IMG/VR virus record: IMGVR_UViG_3300017917_001839
Span: 58,295 to 122,294 of that record
Length of the DNA: 64,000 bases
Direction: 5' to 3' (one strand)
From: a virus
Shown here in pieces: positions 54,233-64,000 of the stretch; position 1 is the stretch's first letter, and every line of letters begins with the position of its first letter. A program made the translations under genes and the position numbers. A model generated the notes under the pieces. It searched no databases and was not told the DNA's origin. It saw nothing but the letters and a program-made list of their open reading frames with translations.

Positions 54233-55966
54233 ATGAGTTGGCGAAAACATTTTACACCCGTAGATAACAGCGGTCTGCCGTTAAACATACAACCAAAGAC
54301 TAGCGGGGATCACTACGGTCTAAGCACAACTAGTCGTTATAGTAGTTGGCTACCTGAAGTGTATGCCGGTTCTCCTAACCGCTTGATGCGTTACATTCAA
54401 TATGATCAGATGGATCAAGATCTTGAAATCAACGCTGCATTAGACACTATCGCTGAATTTGGCACACAAGAAGATGAGTCAAGTGGTTTGCCTTTTGAGA
54501 TTGTTTACGAAAACGATCCTAGCGATACAGAAAGCAAAATTCTAAACAAGACATTGATACAGTGGTGTAACCTAAATCAGCTCAACAAGCGTGCATTCCG
54601 TATTTTCCGTAGTACAGTAAAATATGGTGACCAATTCTTTATCCGTGATCCAGAAACATTTGAACTATACTGGGTTGACCCTGCTAACATTGAAAAAGTA
54701 ATTGTCAATGAAAGCGAAGGCAAAAAGATTGAAACTTATTTTATTAAGAACCTAGACCAGAACATGCAGGAACTTGTGGCAACACAGGTAAGCCCAATGC
54801 ATGCTCGTCCATATGGCAGCGGCCAAGGTATTACAGGTGTAATGAGCAGTGTTAACACTGCCGCTAGCAATTACTTAACTGGTGCAATCAATGGTGCTGA
54901 CCAAGGCTTGCCGGTGGATGCAAAGCATGTGGTGCATATTAGTTTAACTGAAGGTATGGACACAGCTTGGCCGTTTGGCGTAAGTATCCTAGAGCCAATC
55001 TTCAAAGTATTCAAGCAAAAAGAATTACTAGAAGATAGTATTATTATCTATCGTGTACACCGTGCGCCTGAACGTCGTGTGTTCTTTATTGACGTAGGCA
55101 ACATGCCTCCACACAAAGCACGTCAGTATCTAGAACAGGTAAAATATGAAGTACAGCAAAAGCGTGTACCTAACAAGAACAAAGACGGTAGCAGTGTAGT
55201 TGACGCTGCATACAATCCTATGAGCATGCTAGAAGATTACTTCTTTGCTCAAACAGCAGAAGGCCGCGGTAGTAAAGTTGATACATTACCTGGCGGTGAA
55301 AACTTAGGTCAGATTGACGACCTACGTTACTTCAACAATAAACTATTGCGTGGTCTACGTGTACCTAGTAGCTATTTGCCCACAGGCCCAGAAGACGGCA
55401 GTGCTGTTTATAATGATGGCAAAGTAGGTGTAGCATACATTCAAGAATATCGTTTTGCCAAGTATGTAGAACGTTTACAGAAGCAGATACAAGAAGACCT
55501 AGACTTTGAGTTTAAGATGTTCCTCAAGCACAGAGGCATTGAAATTGACAATGGTGATTTCAATATCCAGTTTGTTAAACCAATGAACTTTAGTAGCTAC
55601 AGAGAAATCCAGCTGGACACCGAACGTGCCAACTTGTTTAACAGTGTAGCAGCTACAACTTACTTGTCAAGCAGATTTAAACTTAAGAAGTATCTAGGCT
55701 TAACAGATACTGAGATCAAAGAAAACGAGCAGATGTGGCGTGAAGAAAACAACTACGAAAAGTTCAGCGATGATGAACAAAACGTTGACTTAAGAAACAT
55801 TGGTATCCGAGCCCAACCTGATTCGGCTGTAAACACCAGCATTGAGCCCGACCTTACAGACTTAGAAACACCGGCACCCGAAGCAGGGGCAGCACCTGAA
55901 GCAGGGGCAGCACCTGGGGCAACACCAGCAGCAGGTTTAACACCTACACCTCCCGGGGGACTATAA
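54233..55966 (+). CDS. gp20: Portal protein, T4 gp20-like
   Basis: LLEDSIIIYRVHRAPERRVFFIDVGNMP, MLEDYFF...GRGSKVDTLPGGENLG.IDD..YF..KL.RGL.VP. Confidence 0.95.
   Translation: MSWRKHFTPVDNSGLPLNIQPKTSGDHYGLSTTSRYSSWLPEVYAGSPNRLMRYIQYDQMDQDLEINAALDTIAEFGTQEDESSGLPFEIVYENDPSDTESKILNKTLIQWCNLNQLNKRAFRIFRSTVKYGDQFFIRDPETFELYWVDPANIEKVIVNESEGKKIETYFIKNLDQNMQELVATQVSPMHARPYGSGQGITGVMSSVNTAASNYLTGAINGADQGLPVDAKHVVHISLTEGMDTAWPFGVSILEPIFKVFKQKELLEDSIIIYRVHRAPERRVFFIDVGNMPPHKARQYLEQVKYEVQQKRVPNKNKDGSSVVDAAYNPMSMLEDYFFAQTAEGRGSKVDTLPGGENLGQIDDLRYFNNKLLRGLRVPSSYLPTGPEDGSAVYNDGKVGVAYIQEYRFAKYVERLQKQIQEDLDFEFKMFLKHRGIEIDNGDFNIQFVKPMNFSSYREIQLDTERANLFNSVAATTYLSSRFKLKKYLGLTDTEIKENEQMWREENNYEKFSDDEQNVDLRNIGIRAQPDSAVNTSIEPDLTDLETPAPEAGAAPEAGAAPGATPAAGLTPTPPGGL
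55880..55915 (+). repeat. 18-bp tandem duplication (EAGAAP x2) in the portal C-terminal tail
   Basis: gaagcaggggcagcacct repeated twice exactly. Confidence 0.9.
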
Positions 55967-56163
55967 TGAGAATAGATGAATTTTACAATCCAGAAAACGA
56001 CCAGTTTGACAGTCGCTCTAAGAACGATACACGTAAACCAGTATTAACTTTAGAACAACTTAACAAGCTAAGAAAAGTTAGAGAGATTAAGCGTGCCGAA
56101 GCAATTGAACACGAAAAATTTGTTCGTGTTATGTATGCACAGCAAGCACAAGAGCAGATTTAA
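55966..56163 (+). CDS. Small hypothetical protein coupled to the portal gene
   Basis: TAATG overlap; DTRKPVLTLEQLNKLRK...MY. Confidence 0.7.
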   Translation: MRIDEFYNPENDQFDSRSKNDTRKPVLTLEQLNKLRKVREIKRAEAIEHEKFVRVMYAQQAQEQI

Positions 56164-56169
56164 TGTACA

Positions 56170-57321
56170 ATGCCAGATCTGAGCAATAATGATCCACAAC
56201 TGTGGCGAGATATTAGAGTTTACGAAGATCGGATTACTGTTGTAATTAGATTTGGTTTAGATGATTATGCCAGCAGTTATGCAGACTTATTAAAATCTGC
56301 ATACAACGGAAAACAACACATATACCTAGACTATTCCTCAGAGGCATCTGCATTTATTCTGGGATCTGCTGAATCAGAAGACGATTGGGTATATGCTCAG
56401 CTACACAAACTCATAGATGCTACTGGCATACCCTATGAAAATTTTTCCTATTATTCGGGCAACCTTTACAATCAACAGTCGTATGACGGTTGGCGAATAG
56501 CAAAAAACATACCAAATAGCATGGCTTCACTGGGCCATCGTCAGCAATGGGCACATATTGTAATTGACTGCCACCTTGACTGTTCGAGCAAGTACGAAGA
56601 AAATAGGCACAATATTAGGCCACAATACTTTACTTGTTTAAACGGTGCACCTAGGGCACACAGATTTAAAACACTACTGCATTTGTGGGATGAAGGATTA
56701 TTTCCTTACGGCATTATCACATATGTGAGTTCTCATCCTAGAACCTTAGAAATTTTAAACAATATGGGTTACAGCGAACTCGCTGCAAAACTACCATTGT
56801 CTGTGGATTGTTTTACAGAATATAATGTTATACAAAGCCACCAAAGTAACTTATCTCCCGCATTTTATAATATCTACGATCAAACATATTTTGATGTTAC
56901 AACAGAAACATTATATGGCGAAGGAACCAGCAGTCGTGATTCTATAAAAATGCTAAACATGAATACCTGGTGGAGAGAAATGTTTTTTACAGAAAAAACA
57001 TACCGCAGTATTTTTTATAAAAGACCATTTTTATTATTTGGCAGTCAGTATCAGTTAGCGTACTTACGTAAACTAGGATTTAGAACTTTTGATGGCATAT
57101 TGTTTGATGAAAGTTACGATTCTATCGAAAATTGGCAAGAACGTTTAAAAGCAATTATGCTAGAAACTAAACGCATTTGTACTACCAAAAGCCTTAACGA
57201 AATACATAATATAATGTATTCTCAGGAAATGCAAGACATACTTGACTACAATTACAACCACTTAATAGAGCTTGGTGAGAGACACGAATTGATTACTTTT
57301 TTTGGAAATCTTAGCACTTAA
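56170..57321 (+). CDS. Hypothetical protein, possibly glycosyltransferase-related (GT-B-like C-terminus)
   Basis: FTCLNG.PR.HR, FDVTTET, FFTEKT.R....RPF, LRKLGFRTF...DESYD. Confidence 0.5.
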   Translation: MPDLSNNDPQLWRDIRVYEDRITVVIRFGLDDYASSYADLLKSAYNGKQHIYLDYSSEASAFILGSAESEDDWVYAQLHKLIDATGIPYENFSYYSGNLYNQQSYDGWRIAKNIPNSMASLGHRQQWAHIVIDCHLDCSSKYEENRHNIRPQYFTCLNGAPRAHRFKTLLHLWDEGLFPYGIITYVSSHPRTLEILNNMGYSELAAKLPLSVDCFTEYNVIQSHQSNLSPAFYNIYDQTYFDVTTETLYGEGTSSRDSIKMLNMNTWWREMFFTEKTYRSIFYKRPFLLFGSQYQLAYLRKLGFRTFDGILFDESYDSIENWQERLKAIMLETKRICTTKSLNEIHNIMYSQEMQDILDYNYNHLIELGERHELITFFGNLST

Positions 57322-57479
57322 TTGCTGTCTAACCACAGCTAAATAGAATACTAAATCTATTTTGGCCTCATTTTGACCCCATTTATACCGTAAAAACACC
57401 ACTTATGTGTAAGTAATAATGTGGAGTAGACGCGGTATATGTGTCTACACATTATTATATGACAAATTAGGAGGCCACA

Positions 57480-58268
57480 ATGTCAGAATCACGTGCTAAA
57501 TTAGAACAGATTCTCGAACTCCTTCTTTCTGAGGATAACGAAAAAGCTGAAGAAATGCTACACGAATACGTGGTAGCAAAAGCCCGTTCAGAATATGAAC
57601 GTGTTCTTGAAGCTGAAGACGAAGAAGTCGAAGAGTCAGAAGAAGCTGTCGAAGAATCAGAAACAGTTGATGAAGTAGTTGACAAGAGCAACGACTTTGA
57701 AGATGATATCCTAGCTGACGAAGAAGAAATCGAAAACGATGAGTCAGGTCTAGACGAAGCCGAAGACGAAGAAGGCGAGGAAGAAGGCGGTGAAGGTGAA
57801 GAAGACCTAGAAGATAAGGTCGACGATCTAGAAGCCGAACTAGAAGATCTACGTGCTGAATTCGAAAAGCTAATGGCTGGCGAAGAAGGTGAAGAAGAAC
57901 ATGGCGATATGGACATGGGCGACGCAGAAGGCGGCGACATGGAAGTCGACATGGGCGGCGAAGAAGGTGAAGACGAGATGATGGACTCAGTAGAGTACGA
58001 TCTTGACGAAGAAGTCGACGAAGACAGTGAAGTTGTTGAAGAAGCTACAAAGCTACAAGACAAAGTTGCTGCTCCTAAGGCTCCAGCTGTTGACGCTTCA
58101 AATGGTACATCACCAGTAGCCAAGCACAAGGCGGGTTGGGAAACCGGCGCACCTGTAAAAGCTAAAGATGGCGGCGAAGGTAACAAAGGCGCAAACAAGC
58201 CTAAGAACCACACACCTACAAACAACATGGGTATTAAGCCTGTAAAGGTAAATGCGCCTAAGGCGTAA
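57480..58268 (+). CDS. Highly acidic prohead core protein
   Basis: Glu/Asp-rich; lies between portal and protease; SD AGGAGG. Confidence 0.7.
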   Translation: MSESRAKLEQILELLLSEDNEKAEEMLHEYVVAKARSEYERVLEAEDEEVEESEEAVEESETVDEVVDKSNDFEDDILADEEEIENDESGLDEAEDEEGEEEGGEGEEDLEDKVDDLEAELEDLRAEFEKLMAGEEGEEEHGDMDMGDAEGGDMEVDMGGEEGEDEMMDSVEYDLDEEVDEDSEVVEEATKLQDKVAAPKAPAVDASNGTSPVAKHKAGWETGAPVKAKDGGEGNKGANKPKNHTPTNNMGIKPVKVNAPKA

Positions 58269-58285
58269 TTGTAGGGGTAATTATA

Positions 58286-58909
58286 ATGGCACGTAAACTT
58301 TACGAATTTATGAACGCAGACATGGGCGGTTTCAAGCTCATGGAAAGCGAAGATGGCAAGGACTTGTTTATGCATGGCCTTTTCATTCAAGGTGATGTAA
58401 AGAATCAAAACGGTCGTGTTTATCCACGCTCCGAAATTGAACGTGCTGTAGAAAGTGTTAGAGGCAGATTAAGCAAAGGCGAAACTGTGTTGGGCGAATT
58501 AGACCACCCAGAAGAGCTTCAAATTAATCTGGACCGTGTGAGCCATATCATCACTGATATGCACTGTGAAGGCTCAAACGGTATTGGTAAACTTAAAATC
58601 ATAGACACACCTATGGGTAATATTGCTCGCAGCTTACTAAAAGCTGGGGCAAAACTGGGCGTTAGTAGTCGTGGAAGTGGTAACGTTAATGAATCCGGTA
58701 AGGTTTCAGATTTCGATATCGTAACTGTTGACATTGTGGCCCAGCCCAGTGCGCCAGACGCATATCCAAAAACTATCTATGAGAGTTTGTTTAACATGCG
58801 CGGCGGCGAAGCTGTTTACAGAACAGCCGCCGCGATGACACACGATAAAAGTGCAGAAAAACATTTGGTGAAGGCCATCACAGGCTTGATCCGAGAACTA
58901 AGACTTTAA
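58286..58909 (+). CDS. gp21: Prohead protease, T4 gp21-like
   Basis: NQNGRVYP, LGELDHP, RVSH, LGVSSRGSG, TVDIVAQPSAPDAY. Confidence 0.93.
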   Translation: MARKLYEFMNADMGGFKLMESEDGKDLFMHGLFIQGDVKNQNGRVYPRSEIERAVESVRGRLSKGETVLGELDHPEELQINLDRVSHIITDMHCEGSNGIGKLKIIDTPMGNIARSLLKAGAKLGVSSRGSGNVNESGKVSDFDIVTVDIVAQPSAPDAYPKTIYESLFNMRGGEAVYRTAAAMTHDKSAEKHLVKAITGLIRELRL

Positions 58910-58930
58910 TTATAAAGTAGGAGACCTACT

Positions 58931-60043
58931 ATGGCAGTGACATTTAACGAACTACTTGAAGGCGCCGGACTCAGCAATGATGCCCGTATGGCCATTCAAG
59001 AAGCCTGGGAGTCACGCCTTGTTGAAGCTAAAGAAGAACTAACAGCTGAACTACGTGAAGAATTTGCACAGCGTTATGAGCACGATAAGGCTCAAATCGT
59101 TGAAGCAGTTGATAACTTTATCACTTCAAAAGTTCATGCCGAAGTTGCTGAACTAGCTGAAGACAAGAAAGCACTCGCACAGGAAAGAGTTAAGTATCGC
59201 AGAGCCGTTAGTGAGCATGCTAAACTTCTAGACCGTTTTGTAACAGAAATGGTTGCTAAGGAAGTTAAAGAACTACGTGCCGATCGTGTTCGTGTAGCTG
59301 AACATGTTTCAAAGTTAGATAACTTTGTTACAGATCAGTTAGCTGAAGAACTAAAAGAATTCCACGAAGACAAGAAAGCACTAGTAGAGCAAAAAGTCAA
59401 AATGCTACGTGAAGGCAAGCGTCAACTTGCTGAAGCTAAGAAGGACTTTATCAGCAAGGCTGCTAACAAGGTTGAGCTAGTTATCAACCGTGTTATCAGC
59501 GAAGAAGTTAAAACCTTCCGTAATGACATCACAGCAGCTCGTGAGAACGACTTTGGACGTAGAATTTTTGAAGCTTTTGCAAGTGAATATAACACAAGTC
59601 ACTTAAACGAAGCTAAGGAAATTAAGAAATTCCAAAAAACACTAGCCGAAATGGATAAGAAATTATCAGAAGCCCATGCGCTTATTGCAAAGCAAAACGA
59701 TGCAGTTAAGCTAACAGAAAGCAAACTGAGAATTGCAGAAGATCGTTATGCCCGTAAACAAAAGCTAGACGAACTAATGCGCCCACTAGGCAAAGAGAAG
59801 AAAGAAATCATGTCTGATTTGCTTGAGTCTGTAAAGACAGAAAAACTTGAAGAGTCATTCAACAAGTATCTGCCAAGCGTACTCGAAGGTGAAACACCAA
59901 GAGCGAAAAAGACAACACTCAGTGAATCAGTTGTCAAAGAACACACTGGTGATAAGAAGGCACCTGTGCAAACAGAGGCCGATGACAACGCGGATGTAGT
60001 CGAACTAGACAAAATCCGCAAACTAGCCGGACTTTCAAAATAA
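58931..60043 (+). CDS. gp22: Prohead scaffolding protein, T4 gp22-like
   Basis: Coiled-coil Glu/Lys-rich protein between protease and capsid genes. Confidence 0.8.
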   Translation: MAVTFNELLEGAGLSNDARMAIQEAWESRLVEAKEELTAELREEFAQRYEHDKAQIVEAVDNFITSKVHAEVAELAEDKKALAQERVKYRRAVSEHAKLLDRFVTEMVAKEVKELRADRVRVAEHVSKLDNFVTDQLAEELKEFHEDKKALVEQKVKMLREGKRQLAEAKKDFISKAANKVELVINRVISEEVKTFRNDITAARENDFGRRIFEAFASEYNTSHLNEAKEIKKFQKTLAEMDKKLSEAHALIAKQNDAVKLTESKLRIAEDRYARKQKLDELMRPLGKEKKEIMSDLLESVKTEKLEESFNKYLPSVLEGETPRAKKTTLSESVVKEHTGDKKAPVQTEADDNADVVELDKIRKLAGLSK

Positions 60044-60057
60044 TAGGAGTTATAGAG

Positions 60058-61203
60058 ATGGCAAACTTATTTGAAAGCAACTGGTCCGCAACCAAAGAAG
60101 CACTTCTCGAAGGTCTTTCTGGCAGCAGAAAGGCAACATTGGATGTGGTCCTCGAAAATAGCAAAAGATATTTGTCAGAGGCCGCCTCAGCAGGTGCAAC
60201 AGGTGCGGGTTCAGTCGCAACCCTAAACAAGGTAATGTTACCACTAATTCGTCGCGTAATGCCAAGCGTTATTGCTAACGAACTAGTTGGTGTTCAACCA
60301 ATGACAGGCCCAGTGGGCCAAATCCACACTCTCCGCGTTCGTTACGCTGAGACAGGTGGTGGTGCAACAGCAGGTGACGAAGCTCTAAGCCCATTCAAGC
60401 TAGCTTCAACATACGCTGGTTCACCAGATGCTACAGCAGCAGCTGAAGGTACACCAGGCCGCAAGATGAGCATCCAGATCCTCAAGGAAACAGTAGAAGC
60501 TAAGACAAGACGTCTAAGCGCACGCTGGACATTTGAGGCTGCACAAGACGCAGAAGCAATGCATGGCGTAGACGTAGAAGCTGAAATCATGCAAGCTCTT
60601 GCACAAGAAATCGTTGTTGAAATCGACCAAGAAATTATCGGTTCACTACGTACTCTTGCTGGTGCAGGCACAACACTTGATTTCCAAGGTGGTTCAATCA
60701 TCGGTACTCCAACATACGTTGGTGACCGTCATGCGCTACTAGCAATTGAAATCAACCGTGCAGCAAACCGTATCGCAGCACGCACACGTCGTGGTGCAGG
60801 TAACTACATCGTAGTAAGCCCAGAAGCACTAACAATCCTACAGTCAGCTAGCACATCAACATTTGCTCGCACAACTGAAGGTAGCTTCGAAGCCCCAACA
60901 AACACTAAGTTCGTTGGTACACTAAACGGTACAATCCGTGTGTTCGTAGACAACTACGCCGCAGACGGTACAAAGGTACTAGTTGGTTACAAGGGTTCAA
61001 GCGAGACAGATGCTCCTGCATTCTACTGCCCATACATTCCATTAATGAGCACAGGTCCAGTAATGGATCCAGCTACATTTGAGCCAGTAGTTAGCTTTAT
61101 GACACGTTATGGTTATAAGGAACTAACAAACACTGCAAGCTCACTTGGTAACGCAGCAGACTACGTAGATGCAATCACACTTGCAAACGTATCCTTCCAG
61201 TAA
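60058..61203 (+). CDS. gp23: Major capsid protein, T4 gp23-like
   Basis: LIRRVMP..IA.ELVGVQPMTGPVGQI, VEAKTRRL.ARWT.E.AQD, FYCPYIPL, FMTRYG. Confidence 0.96.
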   Translation: MANLFESNWSATKEALLEGLSGSRKATLDVVLENSKRYLSEAASAGATGAGSVATLNKVMLPLIRRVMPSVIANELVGVQPMTGPVGQIHTLRVRYAETGGGATAGDEALSPFKLASTYAGSPDATAAAEGTPGRKMSIQILKETVEAKTRRLSARWTFEAAQDAEAMHGVDVEAEIMQALAQEIVVEIDQEIIGSLRTLAGAGTTLDFQGGSIIGTPTYVGDRHALLAIEINRAANRIAARTRRGAGNYIVVSPEALTILQSASTSTFARTTEGSFEAPTNTKFVGTLNGTIRVFVDNYAADGTKVLVGYKGSSETDAPAFYCPYIPLMSTGPVMDPATFEPVVSFMTRYGYKELTNTASSLGNAADYVDAITLANVSFQ

Positions 61204-61227
61204 TAGTTAACTCTATATTTGGAGAAG

Positions 61228-61258
61228 AAAGCCCTCGCCTAGTGCGGGGGCTTTTTTT
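61228..61258 (+). terminator. Rho-independent terminator after the capsid gene
   Basis: AAAGCCCTCGC-CTAGT-GCGGGGGCTTT followed by a T tract. Confidence 0.9.
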
Positions 61259-61284
61259 GACTTTTAATTCTTTTTCTTTTTATT

Positions 61285-61292
61285 GATAAATA
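61285..61292 (+). promoter_or_regulatory. Putative late promoter GATAAATA
   Basis: Between the terminator and the next gene. Confidence 0.6.
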
Positions 61293-61328
61293 GTTCTATA
61301 AGTGATCAACACCTAAGGAACGATTTAC

Positions 61329-64000
61329 ATGTCAAAACGTACGGTTATCAAAGCTGATGAAGAGCTAGTAATCAAAGGTAAACTTACCGTTGAAGGTAAC
61401 GTTACGCAGATTGAAACTACCCAAGTTGTTAATAGACTAGAGTCTAACAGCCTGGTAATTAACAGCGACGGTGAAAACGTTACTGCTGAGTTGACATTAA
61501 ACAGTGATGGTACACTTGCTACAATTAGTTTTGACAACGCAGATGGCGAGTTTAATTTTAATCAGCCAATTAATTTAGGTTCCTATCCAATCACTACAAC
61601 TGGTAACATTACCGGTGCTAATGTAATTGGCACTTATCTTTATGGTAATGGTAGTAATATTACAGGCCTTACAACCACTATTGTAAGCGAAGGAACAAAT
61701 TTATACTTTACCGCAGCAAGAGTCCGCGGTAATGTTAGTGTAGTCGATGAAGGCGGTGATGGTAGCCTAACATATAATACAAGCAGCGGCGTATTCACAT
61801 ATACTGGTCCAAGTGCTAGCGAAGTTCGCGCACATTTTTCCGCTACATCTGCTACAGGCATCACTTACGATAGCGCAAATGGTATATTTGCATTAGCTAG
61901 TATTCCAAATAGTAGTTTAACAAATAGCGCAATTACTATCAACGGACAATCTACTCCGTTAGGAGAAACAATAACACTTGACACCGGAGACATTGACGAA
62001 AACGGTAATTTGTATTTTACTACTGCTCGTGCAAATACTGCAATGGACACCTATTTAGTAGGTGGCGACGGCATTGATTATACATCTGGTACTATTGCCG
62101 TTGACAGTACAGTTATTAGAGACACCGGTGATCAGACTATTACAGGTAACACTGCATTTGTTGGCACAACAAGTGTTACCGGTGACATTGTTCCTACCGC
62201 AGCTAACACATATAATTTAGGTAGCTGGGCAAATCACTTTGATTATGTATTTGCTAATGTGTTACATGCTGAATATTTAGACTTAGCAGATGCAAACATT
62301 GCTGACATTCACAATTCATTTTATGTTGGTATAGCTGACAGTCCCCTTATTACACGATCAGGCTATGGTTTAACATTTACGCACAACACTACAGGTGCAT
62401 ATTATGAAGTAAATGCAGGCGACGGCTTGCAGATATCTGGCAACAATGTTGCTGTAGACAGTACAGTAGTTAGAACCACAGGTGATCAGACTATTACTGG
62501 TAACATTGGTATCAATGGTACGCTAACAGTTGCTGGTACAATCAATAGCCAAAACGTAGAAGATACTTACGTTAAAGATACAAAGATTACTCTAAACTCA
62601 AATGCTGCCGTTGACAATACTGTAAGCATTGAAGTTAATAGACCGGTTGCAGGTTCCAACACTTATATTAAATGGGACGAGTCGACTAATCAATGGAAGT
62701 TTACAAATAACGGTAGTACAGAATTCCTGTTACCAACCAGCACCACAGATTTAGACGAAGGTGCTAACTTATATTATACCGCTGCTCGTGCAAACACTGC
62801 AATGGATACTTACTTAGTAGGTGGTGCAGGCTTAACATATAGCAGTGGTACATTTGCAGTCGGTGCAGGTACAGGTATTACTGTAAACGCAGATGACGTT
62901 CAGCTGAATGCTGATTATGTTAAAAATCTAATTAGTGGTTCAAACGGAATCAGCTACAATTCAACTACTGGTGCATTAACTGTGGACAGCACAGTAATTA
63001 GAACCACAGGCGACCAATCAATTTCGGGTATTAAAAACTTTACTGGCGAACTAGTTATTCCGTCAGCATTACCTACTTCAAATAACACCATTTATGTTAA
63101 TGCGGGCAACACCGCAGTTTATGCTTATGTTAATGGTCAGCATGTTCAGCTTACAGCAGATAGTGACGTAGGTCAAGTAGAAGATGTAGGCTCTACTGGC
63201 ATAGATATTTATGCTGGTTCTAGATCGGTAGTCTTAGGCAATAACACAGTTTATTATCACGGTATTAGAAGTATCAATGCAGGTAATTATTTAGATATCA
63301 GCGAATCAGCTAACGTAATTAGTGTTGCTGGTAATGCTGCAGGTATCAGAGGTTTGATTAGTGCTAGCGGTAACATTAGCTATGATAGTGCTAATGGTAT
63401 TATCAGTGAAAACTTAACCACAACAGACATTGACGAAGGTAATAACTTATACTTTACTACAGCAAGAGTTCGAGGTAACATCAGTGGTTCAGGTCTAATT
63501 ACCTATAACAGTAATACTGGTGTAATCAGCACTACTGCAGACAATTACAGTAATTGGAATGTTCAAACTGATAGTGGTGTTGGTGCAATACACAGTGTTA
63601 CAAGCAACAGTACAGTTATTGTTTCGGGTGGTACAGGTATTACTGTAACTAACACTGGTGGCAATATTACTATTGCAAGTACTAATGCCGCAGACATTGA
63701 AGCAGTTACAGCAGGCAGTGGTTTAACTGGTGGCGGCGTTAGCGGTGCAGTAACACTAAACGTAGGTGCAGGTGATGGTATTACAGTCAACGCCGATAAT
63801 GTTGCATTAAGCACAAGCGGTGTAGTATCGGGCACATATGGTAATGCTAGTGCAGTTTCACAATTGGTAATTGATGCATATGGTAGAACCACAAGCGCAG
63901 CCAATGTTGCTATTTCAATCTCAGCAAGTCAAGTAAGTGACTTTACTAGTGCTGCAAACACCGTAATTGATGCCAGAGTAAGTGGTGGTGCAGGCCTAAC
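61329..64000 (+). CDS. Long repetitive fibre protein (3' end outside window)
   Basis: ATG 61329 (SD AAGGA), MSKRTVIKADEELVIKGKLTVEGNV...; in-frame repeats EGxNLY(F/Y)TxAR x4 and VDSTV(I/V)RxTGDQ x3; absent from the ORF track because it runs off the window. Confidence 0.8.
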   Translation, partial: MSKRTVIKADEELVIKGKLTVEGNVTQIETTQVVNRLESNSLVINSDGENVTAELTLNSDGTLATISFDNADGEFNFNQPINLGSYPITTTGNITGANVIGTYLYGNGSNITGLTTTIVSEGTNLYFTAARVRGNVSVVDEGGDGSLTYNTSSGVFTYTGPSASEVRAHFSATSATGITYDSANGIFALASIPNSSLTNSAITINGQSTPLGETITLDTGDIDENGNLYFTTARANTAMDTYLVGGDGIDYTSGTIAVDSTVIRDTGDQTITGNTAFVGTTSVTGDIVPTAANTYNLGSWANHFDYVFANVLHAEYLDLADANIADIHNSFYVGIADSPLITRSGYGLTFTHNTTGAYYEVNAGDGLQISGNNVAVDSTVVRTTGDQTITGNIGINGTLTVAGTINSQNVEDTYVKDTKITLNSNAAVDNTVSIEVNRPVAGSNTYIKWDESTNQWKFTNNGSTEFLLPTSTTDLDEGANLYYTAARANTAMDTYLVGGAGLTYSSGTFAVGAGTGITVNADDVQLNADYVKNLISGSNGISYNSTTGALTVDSTVIRTTGDQSISGIKNFTGELVIPSALPTSNNTIYVNAGNTAVYAYVNGQHVQLTADSDVGQVEDVGSTGIDIYAGSRSVVLGNNTVYYHGIRSINAGNYLDISESANVISVAGNAAGIRGLISASGNISYDSANGIISENLTTTDIDEGNNLYFTTARVRGNISGSGLITYNSNTGVISTTADNYSNWNVQTDSGVGAIHSVTSNSTVIVSGGTGITVTNTGGNITIASTNAADIEAVTAGSGLTGGGVSGAVTLNVGAGDGITVNADNVALSTSGVVSGTYGNASAVSQLVIDAYGRTTSAANVAISISASQVSDFTSAANTVIDARVSGGAGL

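Noticed and set aside
55880-55915. Tandem repeat in portal as a contingency locus
   Set aside because: Only two in-frame copies in a disordered tail; likely neutral slippage
57467-58408. 313-aa Ser-rich antisense ORF
   Set aside because: Mirror of the Glu/Asp-rich core gene (GAA/GAC codons read antisense); no independent signals
1-64000. Stop-codon reassignment as seen in some jumbo phages
   Set aside because: Core genes and a 20-kb ORF are intact in code 11, and TAG and TGA occur as normal gene ends

Overview
64 kb of a large T4-related (jumbo-type) myovirus genome in the standard genetic code, covering virion morphogenesis. Left to right: (1) a minus-strand accessory operon of two radical SAM enzymes, a Rossmann-like protein, three glycosyltransferase-like proteins and a class II aldolase (1-7379); (2) a terminator-bracketed lipoprotein cassette; (3) a minus-strand tail/baseplate module with a 6778-aa protein and gp6-, gp25-, gp5-, hub-, gp53- and gp48/54-like genes, interrupted by a two-gene sigma70-driven island; (4) plus-strand gp55 late sigma, gp47 and gp46, a sulfotransferase-like gene and a GIY-YIG nuclease, followed by about 520 nt of hairpin-rich non-coding sequence; (5) a gp26-like chaperone with a probable -1 frameshift extension; (6) tape measure, portal, core, protease, scaffold, major capsid and a truncated fibre gene. 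The strongest leads are the structured element after the GIY-YIG gene, the frameshift, a bipartite late promoter that often sits 5-8 nt from an SD-less ATG, and the apparently late-expressed radical SAM/glycosylation operon. All product calls come from motif recognition and synteny; no database search was run.
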